From Auanema rhodensis (Eukaryota; Animalia; Nematoda), in the NCBI GenBank assembly GCA_964057225.1, contig OZ059896.1, forward strand, positions 2,604,001 through 2,668,000: a stretch of DNA of 64,000 nucleotides, written 5' to 3'. This document shows positions 55,601-64,000 of this stretch, in pieces. The notes below the pieces were generated by a model. The model worked only from the letters and a program-made list of their open reading frames with translations, was not told the DNA's origin and searched no databases. Both the position numbers and the translations under genes were made by a program. Numbering within the stretch: the first letter of the stretch is position 1; each line of letters opens with the position of its first letter.

Positions 55601-58600
55601 TGGTTACCATGAACCAATATCAATAAAAATTTGTTTTTAGACTAATTTGGACATGGGGAATCTAATTTTGAAAACCGCATCTCTTTATCTTTCAAGTGAA
55701 GCGAGTTACATACCAAGTGCACATCACGTGTACATTTAATTAGCATAAATTAAAGTTCACGTAAATTTCAAAGTCATGGTTACCATGAACCAATATCAAT
55801 AAAAATTTGTTTTTAAACTAATATGGACATGGGGAATCTAATTTTGAAAACCGCATCTCTTTATCTTTCACGTGAAGCGAGTTACATACCTAGTGCACAT
55901 CACGTGTACATTTAATTAGCATAAATTAAAGTTCACGTAAATTTCAAAGTCATGGTTACCATGAACCAATATCAATAAAAATTTGTTTTTAGACTAATTT
56001 GGACATGGGGAATCTAATTTTGAAAACCGCATCTCTTTATCTTTCAAGTGAAGCGAGTTACATACCAAGTGCACATCACGTGTACATTCAATTAGCATAA
56101 ATTAAAGTTCACGTAAATTTCAAATTCATGGTTACCATGAACCAATATCAATAAAAATTTGTTTTTAAACTAATATGGACATGGGGAATCTAATTTTGAA
56201 AACCGCATCTCTTTATCTTTCACGTGAAGCGAGTTACATACCTAGTGCACATCACGTGTACATTTAATTAGCATAAATTAAAGTTCACGTAAATTTCAAA
56301 TTCATGGTTACCATGAACCAATATCAATAAAAATTTGTTTTTAAACTAATATGGACATGGGGATTCTAATTTTGAAAACCGCATCTCTTTATCTTTCACG
56401 TGAAGCGAGTTACATACCTAGTGCACATCACGTGTACATTTAATTAGCATAAATTAAAGTTCACGTAAATTTCAAAGTCATGGTTACCATGAACCAATAT
56501 CAATAAAAATTTGTTTTTAGACTAATTTGGACATGGGGAATCTAATTTTGAAAACCGCATCTCTTTATCTTTCAAGTGAAGCGAGTTACATACCAAGTGC
56601 ACATCACGTGTACATTTAATTAGCATAAATTAAAGTTCACGTAAATTTCAAAGTCATGGTTACCATGAACCAATATCAATAAAAATTTGTTTTTAGACTA
56701 ATATGGACATGGGGAATCTAATTTTGAAAACCGCATCTCTTTATCTTTCACGTGAAGCGAGTTACATATAAAGTGCACATCAAGTGTACATTTAATTAGC
56801 ATAAATTAAAGTTCACGTAAATTTCAAAGTCATGGTTACCATGCACCAATATTAATAAAAATTTGTTTTTAGACTAATATGGACATGGGGAATCTAATTT
56901 TGAAAACCGCATCTCTTTATCTTTCACGTGAAGCGAGTTACATACCAAGTGCACATCACGTGTACATTTAATTAGCATAAATTAAAGTTCACGTAAATTT
57001 CAAAGTCATGGTTACCATGAACCAATATCAATAAAAATTTGTTTTTAGACTAATTTGGACATGGGGAATCTAATTTTGAAAACCGCATCTCTTTATCTTT
57101 CAAGTGAAGCGAGTTACATACCAAGTGCACATCACGTGTACATTTAATTAGCATAAATTAAAGTTCACGTAAAATTCAAAGTCATGGTTACCATGAACCA
57201 ATATCAATAAAAATTTGTTTTTAGACTAATTTGGACATGGGGAATCTAATTTTGAAAACCGCATCTCTTTATCTTTCAAGTGAAGCGAGTTACATACCAA
57301 GTGCATATCACGTGTACATTTAATTAGCATAAATTAAAGTTCACGTAAATTTCAAAGTCATGGTTACCATGAACCAATATCAATAAAAATTTGTTTTTAA
57401 ACTAATATGGACATGGGGAATCTAATTTTGAAAACCGCATCTCTTTATCTTTCACGTGAAGCGAGTTACATACCTAGTGCACATCACGTGTACATTTAAT
57501 TAGCATAAATTAAAGTTCACGTAAATTTCAAATTCATGGTTACCATGAACCAATATCAATAAAAATTTGTTTTTAAACTAATATGGACATGGGGATTCTA
57601 ATTTTGAAAACCGCATCTCTTTATCTTTCACGTGAAGCGAGTTACATACCTAGTGCACATCACGTGTACATTTAATTAGCATAAATTAAAGTTCACGTAA
57701 ATTTCAAAGTCATGGTTACCATGAACCAATATCAATAAAAATTTGTTTTTAGACTAATTTGGACATGGGGAATCTAATTTTGAAAACCGCATCTCTTTAT
57801 CTTTCAAGTGAAGCGAGTTACATACCAAGTGCACATCACGTGTACATTTAATTAGCATAAATTAAAGTTCACGTAAATTTCAAAGTCATGGTTACCATGA
57901 ACCAATATCAATAAAAATTTGTTTTTAGACTAATATGGACATGGGGAATCTAATTTTGAAAACCGCATCTCTTTATCTTTCACGTGAAGCGAGTTACATA
58001 TAAAGTGCACATCAAGTGTACATTTAATTAGCATAAATTAAAGTTCACGTAAATTTCAAAGTCATGGTTACCATGCACCAATATTAATAAAAATTTGTTT
58101 TTAGACTAATATGGACATGGGGAATCTAATTTTGAAAACCGCATCTCTTTATCTTTCACGTGAAGCGAGTTACATACCAAGAGCACATCACGTGTACATT
58201 TAATTAGCATAAATTAAAAATCACGTAAATTTCAAAGTCATGGTTACCATGAACCAATATCAATAAAAATTTGTTTTTAGACTAATTTGGACATGGGGAA
58301 TCTAATTTTGAAAACCGCATCTCTTTATCTTTCAAGTGAAGCGAGTTACATACCAAGTGCACATCACGTGTACATTTAATTAGCATAAATTAAAGTTCAC
58401 GTAAATTTCAAAGTCATGGTTACCATGAACCAATATCAATAAAAATTTGTTTTTAAACTAATATGGACATGGGGAATCTAATTTTGAAAACCGCATCTCT
58501 TTATCTTTCACGTGAAGCGAGTTACATACCTAGTGCACATCACGTGTACATTTAATTAGCATAAGTTGAAGTTCACGTAAATTTCAAAGTCATGGTTACC

Positions 58601-61600
58601 ATGAACCAATATCAATGAAAATTTGTTTTTAGACTAATATGGACATGGGGAATCTAATTTTGAAAACCGCATCTCTTTATCTTTCACGTGAAGCGAGTTA
58701 CATATAAAGTGCACATCACGTGTACATTTAATTAGCATAAATTAAAGTTCACGTAAATTTCAAAGTCATGGTTACCATGAACCAATATCAATAAAAATTT
58801 GTTTTTAAACTAATATGGACATGGGAAATCTAATTTTGAAAACCGCATCTCTTTATCTTTCAAGTGAAGCGAGTTACATACCTAGTGCACATCACGTGTA
58901 CATTTAATTAGCATAAATTAAAGTTCACGTAAATTTCAAAGTCATGGTTACCATGAACCAATATCAATAAAAATTTGTTTTTAGACTAATTTGGACATGG
59001 GGATTCTAATTTTGAAAACCGCATCTCTTTATCTTTCACGTGAAGCGAGTTACATACCTAGTGCACATCACGTGTACATTTAATTAGCATAAATTAAAGT
59101 TCACGTAAATTTCAAAGTCATGGTTACCATGAACCAATATCAATAAAAAGTTGTTTTTAGACTAATTTGGACATGGGGATTCTAATTTTGAAAACCGCAT
59201 CTCTTTATCTTACACGTGAAGCGAGTTACATACCTAGTGCACATCACGTGTACATTTAATTAGCATAAATTAAAGTTCACGTAAATTTCAAAGTCATGGT
59301 TACCATGAACCAATATCAATAAAAATTTGTTTTTAAACTAATATGGACATGGGGAATCTAATTTTGAAAACCGCATCTCTTTATCTTTCACGTGAAGCGA
59401 GTTACATACCTAGTGCACATCACGTGTACATTTAATTAGCATAAATTAAAGTTCACGTAAATTTCAAAGTCATGGTTACCATGCACCAATATCAATAAAA
59501 GTTTGTTTTTAGACTAATATGGACATGGGGAATCTAATTTTGAGAACCGCATCTCTTTATCTTTCACGTGAAGCGAGTTACATATAAAGTGCACATCACG
59601 TGTACATTTAATTAGCATAAATTAAAGTTCACGTAAATTTCAAAGTCATGGTTACCATGAACCAATATCAATAAAAATTTGTTTTTAGACTAATATGGAC
59701 ATGGGGAATCTTATTTTGAAAACCGCATCTCTTTATCTTTCACGTGAAGCGAGTTACATACCAAGTGCACATCACGTGTACATTTAATTAGCATAAATTA
59801 AAGTTCACGTAAATTTCAAAGTCATGGTTACCATGAACCAATATCAATAAAAATTTGTTTTTAAACTAATATGGACATGGGGAATCTAATTTTGAAAACC
59901 GCATCTCTTTATCTTTCAAGTGAAGCGAGTTACATACCAAGTGCACATCACGTGTACATTTAATTAGCATAAATTAAAGTTCACGTAAATTTCAAAGTCA
60001 TGGTTACCATGAACCAATATCAATAAAAATTTGTTTTCAAACTAATATGGACATGGGGATTCTAATTTTGAAAACCGCATCTCTTTATCTTTCAAGTGAA
60101 GCGAGTTACATACCAAGTGCACATCACGTGTACATTTAATTAGCATAAATTAAAGTTCACGTAAATTTCAAAGTCATGGTTACCATGAACCAATATCAAT
60201 AAAAATTTGTTTTTAAACTAATATGGACATGGGGAATCTAATTTTGAAAACCGCATCTCTTTATCTTTCACGTGAAGCGAGTTACATACCAAGTGCACAT
60301 CACGTGTACATTTAATTAGCATAAGTTGAAGTTCACGTAAATTTCAAAGTCATGGTTACCATGAACCAATATCAATGAAAATTTGTTTTTAGACTAATAT
60401 GGACATGGGGAATCTAATTTTGAAAACCGCATCTCTTTATCTTTCACGTGAAGCGAGTTACATATAAAGTGCACATCACGTGTACATTTAATTAGCATAA
60501 ATTAAAGTTCACGAAAATTTCAAAGTCATGGTTACCATGCACCAATATTAATAAAAATTTGTTTTTAGACTAATATGGACATGGGGAATCTAATTTTGAA
60601 AACCGCATCTCTTTATCTTTCAAGTGAAGCGAGTTACATACCAAGTGCACATCACGTGTACACTTAATTAGCATAAATTAAAGTTCACGAAAATTTCAAA
60701 GTCATGGTTACCATGCACCAATATTAATAAAAATTTGTTTTTAGACTAATATGGACATGGGGAATCTAATTTTGAAAACCGCATCTCTTTATCTTTCAAG
60801 TGAAGCGAGTTACATACCAAGTGCACATCACGTGTACATTTAATTAGCATAAATTAAAGTTCACGTAAATTTCAAACTCATGGTTACCATGAACCAATAT
60901 CAATAAAAATTTGTTTTTAAACTAATATGGACATGGGGAATCTAATTTTGAAAACCGCATCTCTTTATCTTTCACGTGAAGCGAGTTACATATAAAGTGC
61001 ACATCACGTGTACATTTAATTAGCATAAATTAAAGTTCACGAAAATTTCAAAGTCATGGTTACCATGCACCAATATTAATAAAAATTTGTTTTTAGACTA
61101 ATATGGACATGGGGAATCTAATTTTGAAAACCGCATCTCTTTATCTTTCAAGTGAAGCGAGTTACATACCAAGTGCACATCACGTGTACACTTAATTAGC
61201 ATAAATTAAAGTTCACGAAAATTTCAAAGTCATGGTTACCATGCACCAATATTAATAAAAATTTGTTTTTAGACTAATATGGACATGGGGAATCTAATTT
61301 TGAAAACCGCATCTCTTTATCTTTCAAGTGAAGCGAGTTACATACCAAGTGCACATCACGTGTACATTTAATTAGCATAAATTAAAGTTCACGTAAATTT
61401 CAAACTCATGGTTACCATGAACCAATATCAATAAAAATTTGTTTTTAGACTAATATGGACATGGAGAATCTAATTATGAAAACCGCATCTCTTTATCTTT
61501 CACGTGAAGCGAGTTACATACCAAGTGCACATCACGTGTACATTTAATTAGCATAAATTAAAGTTCATGTAAATTTCTAAGTCATGGTTACCATGAACCA

Positions 61601-64000
61601 ATATCAATAAAAATTTGTTTTTAAACTAATATGGACATGGGGATTCTAATTTTGAAAACCGCATCTCTTTATCTTTCACGTGAAGCGAGTTACATATAAA
61701 GTGCACATCACGTGTACATTTAATTAGCATAAATTAAAGTTCACGTAAAATTCAAAGTCATGGTTACCATGAACCAATATCAATAAAAATTTGTTTTTAG
61801 ACTAATTTGGACATGGGGAATCTAATTTTGAAAACCGCATCTCTTTATCTTTCAAGTGAAGCGAGTTACATACCAAGTGCACATCACGTGTACATTTAAT
61901 TAGCATAAATTAAAGTTCACGTAAATTTCAAAGTCATGGTTACCATGAACCAATATCAATAAAAATTTGTTTTTAAACTAATATGGACATGGGGAATCTA
62001 ATTTTGAAAACCGCATCTCTTTATCTTTCACGTGAAGCGAGTTACATACCAAGTGCACATCACGTGTACATTTAATTAGCATAAGTTGAAGTTCACGTAA
62101 ATTTCAAAGTCATGGTTACCATGAACCAATATCAATGAAAATTTGTTTTTAGACTAATATGGACATGGGGAATCTAATTTTGAAAACCGCATCTCTTTAT
62201 CTTTCACGTGAAGCGAGTTACATATAAAGTGCACATCACGTGTACATTTAATTAGCATAAATTAAAGTTCACGAAAATTTCAAAGTCATGGTTACCATGT
62301 ACCAATATTAATAAAAATTTGTTTTTAGACTAATATGGACATGGGGAATCTAATTTTGAAAACCGCATCTCTTTATCTTTCAAGTGAAGCGAGTTACATA
62401 CCAAGTGCACATCACGTGTACACTTAATTAGCATAAATTAAAGTTCACGAAAATTTCAAAGTCATGGTTACCATGCACCAATATTAATAAAAATTTGTTT
62501 TTAGACTAATATGGACATGGGGAATCTAATTTTGAAAACCGCATCTCTTTATCTTTCAAGTGAAGCGAGTTACATACCAAGTGCACATCACGTGTACATT
62601 TAATTAGCATAAATTAAAGTTCACGTAAATTTCAAACTCATGGTTACCATGAACCAATATCAATAAAAATTTGTTTTTAAACTAATATGGACATGGGGAA
62701 TCTAATTTTGAAAACCGCATCTCTTTATCTTTCACGTGAAGCGAGTTACATATAAAGTGCACATCACGTGTACATTTAATTAGCATAAATTAAAGTTCAC
62801 GAAAATTTCAAAGTCATGGTTACCATGCACCAATATTAATAAAAATTTGTTTTTAGACTAATATGGACATGGGGAATCTAATTTTGAAAACCGCATCTCT
62901 TTATCTTTCAAGTGAAGCGAGTTACATACCAAGTGCACATCACGTGTACACTTAATTAGCATAAATTAAAGTTCACGAAAATTTCAAAGTCATGGTTACC
63001 ATGCACCAATATTAATAAAAATTTGTTTTTAGACTAATATGGACATGGGGAATCTAATTTTGAAAACCGCATCTCTTTATCTTTCAAGTGAAGCGAGTTA
63101 CATACCAAGTGCACATCACGTGTACATTTAATTAGCATAAATTAAAGTTCACGTAAATTTCAAACTCATGGTTACCATGAACCAATATCAATAAAAATTT
63201 GTTTTTAGACTAATATGGACATGGAGAATCTAATTATGAAAACCGCATCTCTTTATCTTTCACGTGAAGCGAGTTACATACCAAGTGCACATCACGTGTA
63301 CATTTAATTAGCATAAATTAAAGTTCATGTAAATTTCTAAGTCATGGTTACCATGAACCAATATCAATAAAAATTTGTTTTTAAACTAATATGGACATGG
63401 GGATTCTAATTTTGAAAACCGCATCTCTTTATCTTTCACGTGAAGCGAGTTACATATAAAGTGCACATCACGTGTACATTTAATTAGCATAAATTAAAGT
63501 TCACGTAAAATTCAAAGTCATGGTTACCATGAACCAATATCAATAAAAATTTGTTTTTAAACTAATATGGACATGGGGAATCTAATTTTGAAAACCGCAT
63601 CTCTTTATCTTTCACGTGAAGCGAGTTACATACCTAGTGCACATCACGTGTACATTTAATTAGCATAAATTAAAGTTCACGTAAATTTCAAAGTCATGGT
63701 TACCATGAACCAATATCAATAAAAATTTGTTTTTAGACTAATATGGACATGGGGAATCTAATTTTGAAAACCGCATCTCTTTATCTTTCACGTGAAGCGA
63801 GTTACATATAAAGTGCACATCACGTGTACATTTAATTAGCATAAATTAAAGTTCACGTAAATTTCAAAGTCATGGTTACCATGCACCAATATTAATAAAA
63901 ATTGGTTTTTAGACTAATATGGACATGGGGAATCTAATTTTGAAAACTGCATCTCTTTATCTTTCACGTGAAGCGAGTTACATACCAAGTGCACATCACG
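34608..64000 (+). repeat. 176-bp tandem satellite array, right arm (rest of the interrupted monomer, 166 full monomers and a partial one)
   Basis: The array resumes at GTGTACATTTAAT (monomer position 20). Monomer starts at 34765 and 63981 are exactly 166 x 176 apart. Orientation is the same as in the left arm. Confidence 0.99.
60061..63559 (+). repeat. Tandem duplication of a 10-monomer (1,760-bp) unit with a nested 3-monomer (528-bp) repeat
   Basis: TAATTATGAA is at 61476/63236 and ATTTCTAA at 61578/63338. The CACGAAAA variants at 60514/61042 and 60690/61218 and CAAACTCA at 60877/61405 recur at 528 bp. Confidence 0.9.

Noticed and set aside
1-64000. CRISPR array, or a prokaryotic RT-plus-array system (retron, DGR, RT-Cas1, group II intron)
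   Set aside because: The repeats are contiguous 176-bp monomers with no unique spacers, and there are no cas or accessory genes. The RT motifs are those of eukaryotic non-LTR elements, and the junctions show a simple insertion.

Overview
This is eukaryotic heterochromatin- or centromere-like DNA. About 96.5% of the window is one head-to-tail array of an AT-rich 176-bp satellite: 184 full monomers, one interrupted monomer, 166 more full monomers and a partial one, all in the same orientation. The monomer is dense in palindromes and E-boxes. Variant positions reveal nested higher-order repeats (3-, 5-, 10-, 17- and 37-monomer offsets) and an irregular super-period of about 12-16 kb. The only unique sequence is a net 2,228-bp insertion at 32380-34607. 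It is a 5'-truncated non-LTR retrotransposon (CR1/T1-like, Jockey group) with an uninterrupted reverse transcriptase frame, no endonuclease or ORF1, and a ~490-bp 3' UTR with nested inverted repeats ending AATAAAC-ATTAAAC. It sits exactly at the centre of the satellite's CAC^GTG E-box, with at most a 2-bp duplication and no loss of flanking sequence. It is in frame with a short ATG-initiated ORF of the satellite, giving a 604-aa satellite-RT chimera. Three empty paralogues of the target haplotype are in the window, which suggests a very recent insertion. The best candidate for a new system is a satellite-colonising (possibly site-targeted) CR1-like LINE with a structured 3' UTR and a satellite-supplied start codon. 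One insertion cannot prove targeting or expression, and the organism cannot be identified from this window.
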